Shown here piece after piece: positions 48,884 to 59,103 of a stretch of 64,000 nucleotides of DNA (the first letter of the stretch is position 1; each line of letters starts with the position of its first letter). This DNA is from Candidatus Woesearchaeota archaeon (GTDB lineage: Archaea > Nanobdellota > Nanobdellia > Woesearchaeales > JAGVYF01). The notes under the pieces are model-generated. The model did not search any database and was not told where the DNA came from. It saw nothing but the letters and a program-made list of their open reading frames with translations. The stretch is taken from NCBI GenBank assembly GCA_018303425.1, contig JAGVYF010000001.1, positions 3,539 through 67,538 of the forward strand, given 5' to 3'. A program made the position numbers and the translations under genes.

Positions 48884-50167
48884 ATGAAAAGTATCGTTAA
48901 AGGATTCAGTGCACTGGTTCTACTTTTAGTGCTTATGATTAGTATGGCCGTTCCAGCTTTAGCTTGGACTGCTGAACCTAATGTAGCTATAAAAGCGAAC
49001 GATGATTTCTGGTTAACACCTGGTTCATCTGATATTGATGTTGAACGCGGTGAAACACTAGACTTTGAATTTTACATAGAAAGTGCAGAAGATTTAGAAA
49101 ACGTTGAATTAACTGTAAAGTTAGTTTACGAATACGGCGATGAAACAACTATGGACTCAACAGGTCTATTTGATTTAACCGCTGACAGAGAAAGAAAGAA
49201 AACAGCTTCATTAACTATCCCTAATGATTATAAGGAAGGGGATGCAAGATTGTTTGTAGTATTACAAGATGAAGAAAACATTTCAACTAATACCTTTGAT
49301 GTACATGTATCTGGGGCAAGACACGATTTAACATTAGAACGTGTTTTAATGACACCAAATAATGTAGTTAAAGCTGGTTCATACCTTACTGTTAAAGCAA
49401 GAGTAGAAAACCTTGGTTCAAGAGAGGAATCTGATATCTTATTTAGCGCTGAAGTTGAAGGCTTAGAAGGAGCTTACGATTCAGAACTATTAGATGATGA
49501 GTTCCAAGCAAATGATGCTGAAAATACTCAAGAACTTTACTTAGCAATTCCACTTTGTGCTAAAGCTGGTGAATACAAAGTAAAGACCGCTCTATCATAC
49601 AACAAGAATGATGAAGTTGTAGAATACAACACAATTAGAGTTGTTGAAAGTGAAAGCTCAGTGTGCGCAGTTAAAACCGATGTAACACCAAACGCTGTAA
49701 CACAAGTAGTTGTACCTGAAGCTGTTCAAACAGTTAAAGCTGGTGAATCATTAGTGCTTCCAGTAACTATCACAAACGCAGGCAGTGAAGCTAAAAATTA
49801 TGTAGTTTCATTAACAGCCGGTGATTTAGGAAGTGTAAGATTTGTTCCTAGCAATACAGTAACTGTAGCTGGCGGATCAACTGAAACAGTATATGTTTAT
49901 GTTGATACAAACGCTAATGTAGCTGGTCAAAAAGTATTAGGCTTAACCGTTAAAGCAGGCAACGAATATGTTAAAGAATCTACTTTAACTGTTAATGTTG
50001 AAGGCGAAAAAAGTGTTAACTTTAACAAATTTGGTCTAAGAAAGGCACTTGAAATTGGTCTTGTAGTTTTAATCGTTTTAATCGTTTTAGTTGGTCTAAT
50101 CGTAGGTTTTAACAAGTTAAAAGATGATGATGACGACTTTGAAGAAGAAGACAAAAGTTACTACTAG
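48884..50167 (+). CDS. secreted surface (S-layer-like) protein with CARDB/Ig-like repeats and C-terminal TM anchor plus acidic tail
   Basis: GGAGGG RBS 8 nt before ATG 48884. Signal peptide MKSIVKGFSALVLLLVLMISMAVPALA. Repeated ...T(V/I)xNxGS(E/R)E... beta-rich segments. C-terminal LEIGLVVLIVLIVLVGLIVGF then DDDDDFEEED. Confidence 0.65.
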   Translation: MKSIVKGFSALVLLLVLMISMAVPALAWTAEPNVAIKANDDFWLTPGSSDIDVERGETLDFEFYIESAEDLENVELTVKLVYEYGDETTMDSTGLFDLTADRERKKTASLTIPNDYKEGDARLFVVLQDEENISTNTFDVHVSGARHDLTLERVLMTPNNVVKAGSYLTVKARVENLGSREESDILFSAEVEGLEGAYDSELLDDEFQANDAENTQELYLAIPLCAKAGEYKVKTALSYNKNDEVVEYNTIRVVESESSVCAVKTDVTPNAVTQVVVPEAVQTVKAGESLVLPVTITNAGSEAKNYVVSLTAGDLGSVRFVPSNTVTVAGGSTETVYVYVDTNANVAGQKVLGLTVKAGNEYVKESTLTVNVEGEKSVNFNKFGLRKALEIGLVVLIVLIVLVGLIVGFNKLKDDDDDFEEEDKSYY

Positions 50168-50226
50168 GTAAATTTCATAATTTTTTTATTTTTTTTATTT
50201 TTATTTGATTAAATTTTGCGGAGTTT

Positions 50227-51903
50227 ATGTGGCGAATGAAACTATTAAAATTAACATTAACTTTAATCCTGGCGTTAGCGCTGATTAGTTCTGTATATGC
50301 TTATTCAAGTGATGATTTACAATTTATATCTCCCCGGTACGTTAATTCATTACCATGCAGAGAAATTAAATTTCAATTTCAAATTATGAATTCCGAAAAT
50401 ATAATTAATCAATACCATTTATCGGTTCCTAAGTATGAAAAATATGTGGATTTTAGTGAAAATGATTTAGTAATAGCGCCTGGAAAATCTAAAAGAGTCG
50501 TTGCATATGCAATTTTGCCATGTTCATTATCAGGGGAGGTTAATTTAGATTTATATGTTGAAATTAAAGATAGAGAAGGTGCTATTAAAGTTCCGTTAAA
50601 AATAGATATTAAATCTGATTATTCAAGGGAAGTATCGATTGCTCCAGTAACTGTATGCAAAGGAAAATTTGGAAAAGGTTCAGTTCACGTGTATAATCCA
50701 ACAGCAACACCTAATTTAATCCTCTTATCCGCAGATTTACCTCATTGGATTGAATTGCAGGGCAATAAGGTCGTATTACCTGAAAATGCCCAAGCTGATT
50801 TTAATTTTACAGTATATCCTGATTCGGAAGTTGGTGAATATTTAATCGGATTTAGTATTAAAGATTTTAGCGGTACAGAAGAAATCCCGTTCACTGTGAA
50901 TATTAAAGATTGTGAGAATGATTTTAAATTACTTAATACTAAATTGTTGGTTGTATCGGGTCTTGAAGAAGAATTTTATGTTCCTTTTTCAGGTTTAAGA
51001 GAGTCAATGTCATTAGCATTACAAGCACCTGAATGGATTACAATGGAAAGAAACATATCTGGTAATTATTTAACATTAAAAGTCAAGGCTTTAGATGTCG
51101 AAGCAGGAGATTATGATGTAATTGTGCTTGCGCAGAATGGTGAAACAGTTACTCAGAAATTAAAAGTATCTGTAACTCAAAATGCGGTTGTTAAATTTTT
51201 AAGAAGTTATATTTATTTAATCTTAATATTGTTATCTGCAATTGTTTTATTGATTTATGCCGGTTCTAAATATAATATTTCAAAATACAATATATTAAAC
51301 CGTTTAAAACCATTGTTTAATGGTTTGAAAGTAAAGAAAATAAAAAATACCGGGTTAGAAAAGTTAACTGAAAAAATTCAGATTGGTGCTAAATTTCCTA
51401 AATTCAACCCGGTTATCAGTTTTGAAAATTTTGATTTTGCTAATTTTGAGTTTAAGGATAAAGTCAAAATATTGAAAGAGTTTAAAGTTGATTTTGAGCC
51501 TATGTCAAAAGTTTGGTTATGGGTTTTATTGGGGTTTGCACTATTGTCTGTCATTGTTTATGCAATTTGGAATTATTTTTCACAGGTTTGGAGTTTGGGG
51601 TTAGGAAAAATTAATTTTTTAATTTTGTCCGGACAAGAATTAGTGAATTTTTGGATTAAAAAAAGCGGGTTTTTGTTGTTTGTAAAGAAATGGCTGGTTT
51701 ATTTTGCATTACAGGCATTTGCATATTGGCAATATATTTTTGGCGCTTTAATTGTAATTGTTATAGTAATTGGCTTTGACAAATTAAAATCAAAAGGGTA
51801 TGTTAAAAAAGTTTATGATTATTTTTTTGAAGAGCCAGATTCTGATGTTGAAGAGAAAGTTTATGAGATACATGAGAAAAAAAGTTCTGTTAAAAAAAAT
51901 TAA
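50227..51903 (+). CDS. signal-peptide-bearing surface/membrane protein with C-terminal multi-TM region
   Basis: MWRMKLLKLTLTLILALALISSVYA signal peptide. Beta-rich extracellular part. Then 3-4 TM helices and an acidic C-terminus. Confidence 0.55.
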   Translation: MWRMKLLKLTLTLILALALISSVYAYSSDDLQFISPRYVNSLPCREIKFQFQIMNSENIINQYHLSVPKYEKYVDFSENDLVIAPGKSKRVVAYAILPCSLSGEVNLDLYVEIKDREGAIKVPLKIDIKSDYSREVSIAPVTVCKGKFGKGSVHVYNPTATPNLILLSADLPHWIELQGNKVVLPENAQADFNFTVYPDSEVGEYLIGFSIKDFSGTEEIPFTVNIKDCENDFKLLNTKLLVVSGLEEEFYVPFSGLRESMSLALQAPEWITMERNISGNYLTLKVKALDVEAGDYDVIVLAQNGETVTQKLKVSVTQNAVVKFLRSYIYLILILLSAIVLLIYAGSKYNISKYNILNRLKPLFNGLKVKKIKNTGLEKLTEKIQIGAKFPKFNPVISFENFDFANFEFKDKVKILKEFKVDFEPMSKVWLWVLLGFALLSVIVYAIWNYFSQVWSLGLGKINFLILSGQELVNFWIKKSGFLLFVKKWLVYFALQAFAYWQYIFGALIVIVIVIGFDKLKSKGYVKKVYDYFFEEPDSDVEEKVYEIHEKKSSVKKN

Positions 51904-52033
51904 AAATAATGCCAATCTAAACTAAACATCGCCAGCCATCGCTCCGTTCTGAGTTTTCAGATTCATTTTTCTCATTGTTAAATAATTAAATGTAAACTCT
52001 TTATAAAATACACCGGTGGAAAATGAGATTTTA

Positions 52034-52708
52034 TCATTTATACATATTAGGTTTTAATATTGCAATATGTCCTAAGTCCCTGTATCTTGAATTAAAATCA
52101 AGGCCATAACCAACAACAAACTTATCCGGTATTATGAACCCCGTGAATTGAGATTCTATTGGTTTAATCCTTCTTGAAGGTTTGTCGAGCAAACAGCAAA
52201 TCTTGATTTCAAGCGGATTAAACGTTTTTAACATTTCAACTATTTCTGATAATGTGCGGCCTGTATCTATAATATCATCAACAAGTAAAATTCTCTTGTC
52301 TTTTAACCGTTCTAATTCCTGCTGGTTGTACCCTCTTATTGATAATTTGCCTGTTGATTCTGTGCTTTCATAGCTTGAAGTTTTGCCTAAAATTTGGGGA
52401 AACCAAATTTTATCAAATTCTCCAGATACCAGGGCAGTATAAAAATACATTGCTCCGCCTAGCAATGGGAAACCTACAACTTCAAGGTCTTTTTCACCAT
52501 TTTTTAGAAATTGTGTGTAATAGTCAGAGATTTCATTTCTTAGCGCTTTTAACCGGCTTTTAATTTCGCCGCCAGAAATTAGGATACCTTCTAATTCGTC
52601 TTTATATTTACCTTTTATTTCTAAAGATCTAACTGGGATTAATTCTCTAGTTTGATAATCTATTGGGAAGCTTTCTTCTCTTTTCATAAAATCACTTTTT
52701 ATTTGCAA
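52034..52708 (-). CDS. hpt: hypoxanthine/guanine phosphoribosyltransferase
   Basis: PRPP-binding motif KRILLVDDIIDTGRTLSEI. ...LISGGEIKSRLKALRNEIS N-terminal region typical of HPRT. Start may be the downstream Met (52687). Confidence 0.75.
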   Translation of the reverse strand: MQIKSDFMKREESFPIDYQTRELIPVRSLEIKGKYKDELEGILISGGEIKSRLKALRNEISDYYTQFLKNGEKDLEVVGFPLLGGAMYFYTALVSGEFDKIWFPQILGKTSSYESTESTGKLSIRGYNQQELERLKDKRILLVDDIIDTGRTLSEIVEMLKTFNPLEIKICCLLDKPSRRIKPIESQFTGFIIPDKFVVGYGLDFNSRYRDLGHIAILKPNMYK

Positions 52709-52902
52709 TATTTTAAATCATTGAGCTTTTATTTTTAAATTAACATTATTTTACAGAGGTATAACTTTTATTATACCCCAGACCGGTCTGTTTTAGGTGT
52801 TGTTTGCACATTGCACGAAACGGCCGTAATGCTCTTCACAAAGCTTGGTTTTTGTAAAGTATTATTCTTTTTTTAAAATCAGGGGTTTTTAGTTAAAAAG
52901 GT

Positions 52903-54558
52903 TTATTGTAATAAAGAAAATAGGTCAGTTAAGTTTAGCTCGAAACCGGCAGCAGGAGTAAGAAGTTCCCAATTACTAAGAACTTGCGGGGAGAATTCCC
53001 CTATGTGTCCAATGTTTTTGCCTTTATACGAGATTTTTGCAATTCTCCCTTCAATAAATGAACTGTGTTCAATTTCATGCATTTCATAGTTTTCTGCGCC
53101 AAGGTTTTTCATTAGGCTGTCAAAGATTTGTTTACTTTCTGTAAAATCGGCGTTATTATGCGCAGTAATTACTGCAATTTTTTCATAATCTTTTGCTTCG
53201 GTTTTATCATTGATGCTGACCAGCCCGTGTTCGAATATTTTTTGTGGGTATTCGTTATGCTTGTTTTTTGATAAAGTTTCAAGCAATATAGGGGATAACC
53301 AGTTTCTTACCACTGAAAATGATTCAGACATATACTCTTTTATCTCTAACAGTGAAAAAGGTTCAATGTTCATTTTAGTAAATAATGTATTTTTATTTGA
53401 TAGCATTGCATTTAGGACCTCTTGATATCCGAAACCAATGAGTATTTCCCTGGCGCTGTCGCAAAAATTTATCAGTGGGGAAGTTTCCCCTATCGTGTTA
53501 CTTTTAAGTTTTTGCACAGGAATATTCTTATAACCGTAGGTAATTCCGATGTCTTCAATAATGTCTACCATGTGCAATAAATCTTGCCTATAAATTGGGG
53601 CGGTTACAGTTCCATTGTGATAACCATATCTTGCTTTTTCAAGTAATTTTTGCAGTTCGTTTTCTTTTAATTCCAAACCTAATAAATGTTTAACATCATC
53701 AGGTTTAATTTTAAATTTTTCATTGAATTTGTATGGGCATTTTACAGTCCTATCAGTATATTCGATGCTTGTTTCATAAATTTCAAAACCTCTATCATAA
53801 AATGCTTGGGCCATAATGTTTATCGCGAGATTTACTGAATTAAAATCTGTACCGGTTGCTTCTATGAACAGATTAGAATCACCTACCTCAACTTTTCCAG
53901 AATAGTTTGAATTAATAATTGGAGGGAAACTTAATATTTCATGTTCATTATCAACTAATATCGGGTATTCTTTAAAATCTTTTAATAAGGGTGAATATTT
54001 TTGGCCTGCAGGGTGCATTTCGAGGATCTCACCCGGGGTCATTTTTCTATTAAAATTTAATGGTTCAAATTCCATGTCTTCAGGGCCAGTAGTCTTATAA
54101 AATAGGGGGAATTTAATTTTCTCAAGCGAATATATGCCTATTGCAACTTTTTGCCTTTTTCTTCCATATGATTCACAAAATTTTTCCTGCAATTGGATAA
54201 TTTGTTTAAGTAAATAATCCGAAATACCTTTTCCTTTAACAGCAATTGCCCCAATGTAAGGTCTAACCTGCTTAACTGAATTATTTACTCCAATTTTCAT
54301 GCCTGATTTTTTAATTTCGAGTATTGGTAAACCTTTTTCTTTTCCTATAATTCCCTTTATAAGTCTAGCTAATCCTTCAACTGACCACAGGTATGGGAGG
54401 TTTGTGTCATCATAGTTTACATGCACTTCATCTGAATCTTTATCATAATCTTTTAATTCGCCTTTTCCATATTCTACTAATTCATCCAGCTCGGAGATTG
54501 TGAGCTCTTTTCCGACTAAGCTGTTCAAGTCCTGCAATGAAAATTTTATTGTTGGCAT
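52903..54558 (-). CDS. pheT: phenylalanine--tRNA ligase beta subunit (archaeal type)
   Basis: 551 aa with B3/B4 and B5 domains. Immediately downstream of and overlapping pheS. Archaeal-length beta subunit. Confidence 0.85.
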   Translation of the reverse strand: MPTIKFSLQDLNSLVGKELTISELDELVEYGKGELKDYDKDSDEVHVNYDDTNLPYLWSVEGLARLIKGIIGKEKGLPILEIKKSGMKIGVNNSVKQVRPYIGAIAVKGKGISDYLLKQIIQLQEKFCESYGRKRQKVAIGIYSLEKIKFPLFYKTTGPEDMEFEPLNFNRKMTPGEILEMHPAGQKYSPLLKDFKEYPILVDNEHEILSFPPIINSNYSGKVEVGDSNLFIEATGTDFNSVNLAINIMAQAFYDRGFEIYETSIEYTDRTVKCPYKFNEKFKIKPDDVKHLLGLELKENELQKLLEKARYGYHNGTVTAPIYRQDLLHMVDIIEDIGITYGYKNIPVQKLKSNTIGETSPLINFCDSAREILIGFGYQEVLNAMLSNKNTLFTKMNIEPFSLLEIKEYMSESFSVVRNWLSPILLETLSKNKHNEYPQKIFEHGLVSINDKTEAKDYEKIAVITAHNNADFTESKQIFDSLMKNLGAENYEMHEIEHSSFIEGRIAKISYKGKNIGHIGEFSPQVLSNWELLTPAAGFELNLTDLFSLLQ

Positions 54559-56078
54559 TTTTTGTTCCTCAGCAGATTTAAATCTTGTGTATATAATTCT
54601 CTGATATCGTCAATTTTCATGTTGAACATTCCCACTCTGTCAATACCAATACCCCACGCAATTACAGGTACATCTATGCCTAATGGGCGTATTACTTCAG
54701 GTCTAAAGATTCCTGAACCCCCTAATTCAATCCATCCCATTTCGGGGTGTTTTGCAAATAACTCTGCGCTGGGTTCAGTAAATGGAAAGTATGCAGGTTT
54801 AATTTTAATTTGTTCAGTTTGCGCAAATTCTTCAGCAAACATTTTTAATAATCCTTTCAAACTTTGGAAATTTAAGCCTTCATCAGCTACAATCCCTTCT
54901 GTTTGGTAAAAATCAGGTAAATGGGTAGCATCAATTACATCGTACCTGAAACATTTTGCAATTGCAAAATATTTACCCGGAACTTTGAAATCTTTTGAAG
55001 CCAGCATTCTTGCAGATGCTGCCGTACCTTGTGTTCTTAACAGTGTTCTTTTTGTTCTTTCTGCATCAAATTTGTACTGCCAACCTTTTGAGCTTGTATT
55101 GAAACCGTCTTCATGCGCAGATTTAACATTTTTAATGAGTTGCGTGTCAATCTGTTGTATTGCCGGTTCTTTTATATAGTAAGCTTCGTGAATATCTCTG
55201 GCGCTATGAAATTGCGGCATAAAGAGGGCGTCCATATCCCAAAAATCTGATTCCACAATAGGCCCAAACATTTCAGTGAAGCCCATTGCAAGGAATTTTT
55301 GTCTTACATTATCAAGGAATCTGCGGTAATGTTGTCTTTTTCCAGGATAAATTTTAGGTACATTCAATGATATGTCATATCTTCTGAATTTTTTATTTTT
55401 CCATTCATCAGTTTTTAGCATATTTGGTGTAAGCTTATCAAGAAAATTATCTGTTAATTTTATATATTGCAGTTCATGACCTAACTGCGTAAGTTCAACA
55501 ACTCTATCTTTGATAAGATTAATTTTAATAATTTCTTTTCTTTGAGATAAAGCATGCATTAAGACTCTGTCTTCGTGTTTAATAATTTCTTGATTTTCTT
55601 TTCCTTCAACTCCAATAAAATTTAAGAATTTGTGTTCCGGAAATATTTTTGGTTCTGTTGTTGTTGCGCTTAGTAAAATCTTATCTTTGCCTTGTTTGTT
55701 TAAATTTATCAGGCTTTGTTTTTTTAATGTGCCAATTGCAATTTGGATTTCTTGAGATGATAGACCTGTATATTCTTGGAGTTTATGCATTTCAACTTCT
55801 TTGCCTGCTTTTTGCAATGTTTCAAGCAGTTGTTGTTCAGGCAATCCTTTTAGGGCGTATTCTTTTCCGTTTTTATCAAGTTCTATGCGTTTTTTAAGGT
55901 CTTCATGCATTATAATTAATCCTTTGTTTTGGAGCCATTGTAATGCTCTCATAGCGCCAGCTTCCGGTAATTCTGATTTTTTTACTAATTCGGAAAGTCG
56001 GTTACATATTTTTAGCAACGGAAATATTTTTCTTTCTAATGGGTGCAAAGATTCTGCTAATTTTCTTATATCATCCAT
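54546..56078 (-). CDS. pheS: phenylalanine--tRNA ligase alpha subunit (archaeal type)
   Basis: Class II motifs ...FRYDVIDATHLPDFYQTEG...GSGIFRPEV...AWGIGIDR. 510 aa with N-terminal DNA-binding-like extension typical of archaeal and eukaryotic PheS. Confidence 0.85.
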   Translation of the reverse strand: MDDIRKLAESLHPLERKIFPLLKICNRLSELVKKSELPEAGAMRALQWLQNKGLIIMHEDLKKRIELDKNGKEYALKGLPEQQLLETLQKAGKEVEMHKLQEYTGLSSQEIQIAIGTLKKQSLINLNKQGKDKILLSATTTEPKIFPEHKFLNFIGVEGKENQEIIKHEDRVLMHALSQRKEIIKINLIKDRVVELTQLGHELQYIKLTDNFLDKLTPNMLKTDEWKNKKFRRYDISLNVPKIYPGKRQHYRRFLDNVRQKFLAMGFTEMFGPIVESDFWDMDALFMPQFHSARDIHEAYYIKEPAIQQIDTQLIKNVKSAHEDGFNTSSKGWQYKFDAERTKRTLLRTQGTAASARMLASKDFKVPGKYFAIAKCFRYDVIDATHLPDFYQTEGIVADEGLNFQSLKGLLKMFAEEFAQTEQIKIKPAYFPFTEPSAELFAKHPEMGWIELGGSGIFRPEVIRPLGIDVPVIAWGIGIDRVGMFNMKIDDIRELYTQDLNLLRNKKCQQ

Positions 56079-56171
56079 AGGTTAAGTGATTCTTTATATA
56101 TTTATAAGGGTTATGGTTAGGGGGTTTTGTTTAGCACAACATTTAAATAAAACATAAACTTTTTAATTTCT

Positions 56172-56372
56172 ATGGCAATCATACCGGCAGCTGCATCAGA
56201 GCGTATTCTTAAAAAAGCAGGAGCTAGAAGAGTGTCTGATGAAGCAAAAAAGGCATTTTCTGAAGTACTTGAACAGTTAGCAGAAGAAATCTCAAAAAAA
56301 GCAGTTGACATTGCAAATAATTGTGGAAGGAAGACAATTAATGGTACAGATATTAAGATGGTGAAAGTTTAG
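56172..56372 (+). CDS. archaeal histone (HMf family)
   Basis: MAIIPAAASERILKKAGARRVSDEAKKAFSEVLEQLAEEISKKAVDIANNCGRKTINGTDIKMV matches the histone fold of HMfA/B (…AGRKTI…). Confidence 0.85.
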   Translation: MAIIPAAASERILKKAGARRVSDEAKKAFSEVLEQLAEEISKKAVDIANNCGRKTINGTDIKMVKV

Positions 56373-56632
56373 TGAAGATTACGATTGATACTAAAGAAGA
56401 TTCTCCTGATGAAATTAGAAAAATAATACATTTACTTTCTAATCTTGCAAATCTTAATTCAACACAGAAAGATCTTTTTGGAGCTGGTGGACATTCATCC
56501 AATTTACAAGATTCGCAATCTGCGCAGGTGGGTTTTATGAAGATGTTTGAAGATATGCCTGTTAGTAAAGAAGATAAAAAGGATGAGGATCCCTGGTCAG
56601 ATAAAAATAATCCTGGGTTAATCACTTATTAG
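56372..56632 (+). CDS. hypothetical acidic protein
   Basis: GTG start overlapping histone stop. No recognisable domain. Confidence 0.3.
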   Translation: MKITIDTKEDSPDEIRKIIHLLSNLANLNSTQKDLFGAGGHSSNLQDSQSAQVGFMKMFEDMPVSKEDKKDEDPWSDKNNPGLITY

Positions 56633-56673
56633 TCAGTAATTTATATAAACCACTGCTTTTATTTAAATATATA

Positions 56674-57087
56674 ATGAAATACAAATATATAGAAGGAGAA
56701 ATAACTTCTGATGTCATGTTTGAAGCTTATGGAAAAACACCTCAAGAGGTATTTGAAAATGCCGCTGAAGCAATGTTTGAGACTATTTGTATTAAAATTA
56801 AAGTAAAACCGAAGAGATCTGTTAAAGTTCATGTTGAAGGTAAAAATTTAAAAGATTTATTTTATAATTGGTTGCAGGAATTAATTGGTCTGATTGATAT
56901 TGAAGAAATGTTTTTTTCCAAGTTTAATATTACTAAAATTTCTGAAACTTCACTAGACGCAGAAATTTATGGTGAAGATATAACTCCCAATAAAGGAGAA
57001 ACGGTTGTTAAGGCTGTTACATACTTCGGGTTTGATTTAAGGAAGGAGAAAGGTAAGTATATTGGAACTGCTACACTGGATATTTAG
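56674..57087 (+). CDS. archease (RtcB tRNA-ligase cofactor)
   Basis: YKYIEGEITSDVMFEAYGKTPQEVFENAAEAMFE matches the archease N-terminal signature (…HTADIKFRAYG.TLEELFENAA.AM…). 137 aa. Confidence 0.8.
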   Translation: MKYKYIEGEITSDVMFEAYGKTPQEVFENAAEAMFETICIKIKVKPKRSVKVHVEGKNLKDLFYNWLQELIGLIDIEEMFFSKFNITKISETSLDAEIYGEDITPNKGETVVKAVTYFGFDLRKEKGKYIGTATLDI

Positions 57088-57140
57088 TATAATTATTTTT
57101 TAAGGTTTAAAAATAAGAAAAAGAACGGCTAATGCCGTTT

Positions 57141-57809
57141 TTAATTAATAGTTGTTATGGTTGTAATTGCTTTTAAAAGTTTATCAGAACCTTGGTCAAG
57201 TAATTGCAATGTTATTGTTTTTGCTAAAGATAAATCATCAAAACTGCCATCAGACAAAACTATAACTCCTTTAATTGTTTCTCCAGCAGCAATTGAAAAA
57301 ATTGATTCTTTTTCGCCTTTAACTAACTTTTTAACATCTTCGCCGTCACTTTCATCATAAGCAAACACTCTGACTAATGGATAAAAATCGGTTTTTTCAT
57401 TTACTATTTCGTATTCAACTGATACAATTTTACCCCAATTATCACTTTTTTTAACAGTATTTACTTTTAGAATTTTAAAATCTATTAAACCTGATAAAAT
57501 TTTAGGTTTTTCTTTAACTATTGGTTCTTCAACCTTTTCAACTACCGGTTTTTCAATTACAGGTTCACTTACTGTTTTAACTGGTTCATTTACATTTACT
57601 ACTGCCCCGGCAGTTTCACTGCTTCCAAACCAGTTAGCAGTCACTAAATCGGCGTTACAGGATACAGAGCTCGATATTGGCTGATAAAAAGCAACTATTC
57701 CAAGAGCAATAGTGACAAAAACCCACATTAACCTTTCAAGGTGTTGCGGTTTTGGTATTTTAATAACTAAAAATTGCGGTTTTGGTGTTTGTTGTGCATC
57801 TCCTTCCAT
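57141..57809 (-). CDS. membrane-anchored hypothetical protein with Pro/Glu/Lys/Val-rich linker
   Basis: One N-terminal TM helix. PVxEKPVVEKVEEP repeats. C-terminal beta-rich domain. Confidence 0.4.
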   Translation of the reverse strand: MEGDAQQTPKPQFLVIKIPKPQHLERLMWVFVTIALGIVAFYQPISSSVSCNADLVTANWFGSSETAGAVVNVNEPVKTVSEPVIEKPVVEKVEEPIVKEKPKILSGLIDFKILKVNTVKKSDNWGKIVSVEYEIVNEKTDFYPLVRVFAYDESDGEDVKKLVKGEKESIFSIAAGETIKGVIVLSDGSFDDLSLAKTITLQLLDQGSDKLLKAITTITTIN

Positions 57810-57970
57810 TTTGATCTTTCCTCATTATATTTTTAAAATTAAATGATACTATTAATTTATCTTAAAATTATAGATTTACTAATATTTATACTTTTCGTTG
57901 CATTAATAAATAAAAATTATCTTCTAGACTATCGTAACATTTAAATAGAATTAAACTTAATATATTTATC

Positions 57971-58723
57971 GTGATAGAACAAATTGATGAAGGAACAGGG
58001 GGAGCCAGCAGATTGAAAATAACATCTTTATTAATATTATGTGCAACAATATTTATTCTTGTAATGTTTGCATTTTTTGGCACTAGTGGCGGGTTATTTA
58101 GTTATACTGGTTCAGTTACTGGTACGACTGCTAATTCAGATCTTTCATTAGAAAAAGAAGAGATTGTTGTTCAAGACCCCCTAATTTCGGGATTAAGTGA
58201 AGAGGGTAAATACAAATTGATTCTTAATATAATTAAATTAAAAAATTTAGATAAAAAAGTTACAAAATTACAATTTGCAGAAAGAGTTTCAAATATTGCG
58301 GGTTATATTGATACTTTAAAAAATACAAACGTGCAAAATGTGTGGCTTTCAATTCATTCATGTTTAGAAGAGGGTTGCAATGAAAAGTATTATGAATTGC
58401 TCGAATCAGTTTTAGATAATGCATTTGCGTATGCAGAAAAGGATATAGGATTTATTGAAAAAATATTTTCTAATGAGCCACCCCATGTTTTTATGCCTGA
58501 ATTATTAAATAATATTGTTGGATTACAAAAAGCTGTTGAAATTGGGGATGTTGTTGAAACATCAAAAAGCATGACTGCTGTTAATTCTTTAATGTCAAAG
58601 GTTGATTCTACAGAAATTAATGATTTATGGAATGAGCTAGTAAATTGTGATTTAAAATGCCCTATTTATGACGAGTTAATTCTAAAATTGACCGAATTTA
58701 AGATAAATTCTTTGGATGTATAA
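57971..58723 (+). CDS. membrane-anchored hypothetical protein
   Basis: N-terminal TM (ITSLLILCATIFILVMFAFFG) followed by a helical soluble domain. Confidence 0.4.
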   Translation: MIEQIDEGTGGASRLKITSLLILCATIFILVMFAFFGTSGGLFSYTGSVTGTTANSDLSLEKEEIVVQDPLISGLSEEGKYKLILNIIKLKNLDKKVTKLQFAERVSNIAGYIDTLKNTNVQNVWLSIHSCLEEGCNEKYYELLESVLDNAFAYAEKDIGFIEKIFSNEPPHVFMPELLNNIVGLQKAVEIGDVVETSKSMTAVNSLMSKVDSTEINDLWNELVNCDLKCPIYDELILKLTEFKINSLDV

Positions 58724-58725
58724 TT

Positions 58726-59073
58726 CTAAATATTAATTAAGTGCAATAAATTGGCGCTTCCGCAATAAAAAAAGAAATTATTAATTGGCTTGTCAAGATA
58801 TTTTTTAATTTTTCTTAATTGTTGTCTTGCTTTGTATATCCGGTAAGAACATTTAACTTCGAATACATCAATTTTTCCATTTTTTTCTGCAACGATGTCT
58901 ATTTCCCCGATGACTCTTTTGTTGTTAGATAAAAATATGTGTGTTGATATAGAATCATAGTTAGGCCTAATTAAAGAAACAAGTTCTTTAACATATCTGT
59001 CATGCTTGATTAATTTTGCTTTAATCACCTTTCTTATGCAATGTTTTACGCATATATAAATTTTTATTAGCAC
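58726..59073 (-). CDS. PD-(D/E)xK nuclease-fold protein (Hjc/YraN-like)
   Basis: GEIDIVAEKNGKIDVFEVKCS contains the D...E-V-K core of restriction-endonuclease-like fold. 115 aa. Confidence 0.35.
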   Translation of the reverse strand: MLIKIYICVKHCIRKVIKAKLIKHDRYVKELVSLIRPNYDSISTHIFLSNNKRVIGEIDIVAEKNGKIDVFEVKCSYRIYKARQQLRKIKKYLDKPINNFFFYCGSANLLHLINI

Positions 59074-59103
59074 TATTAAATGAACCTAACATATATGATA
59101 CAC

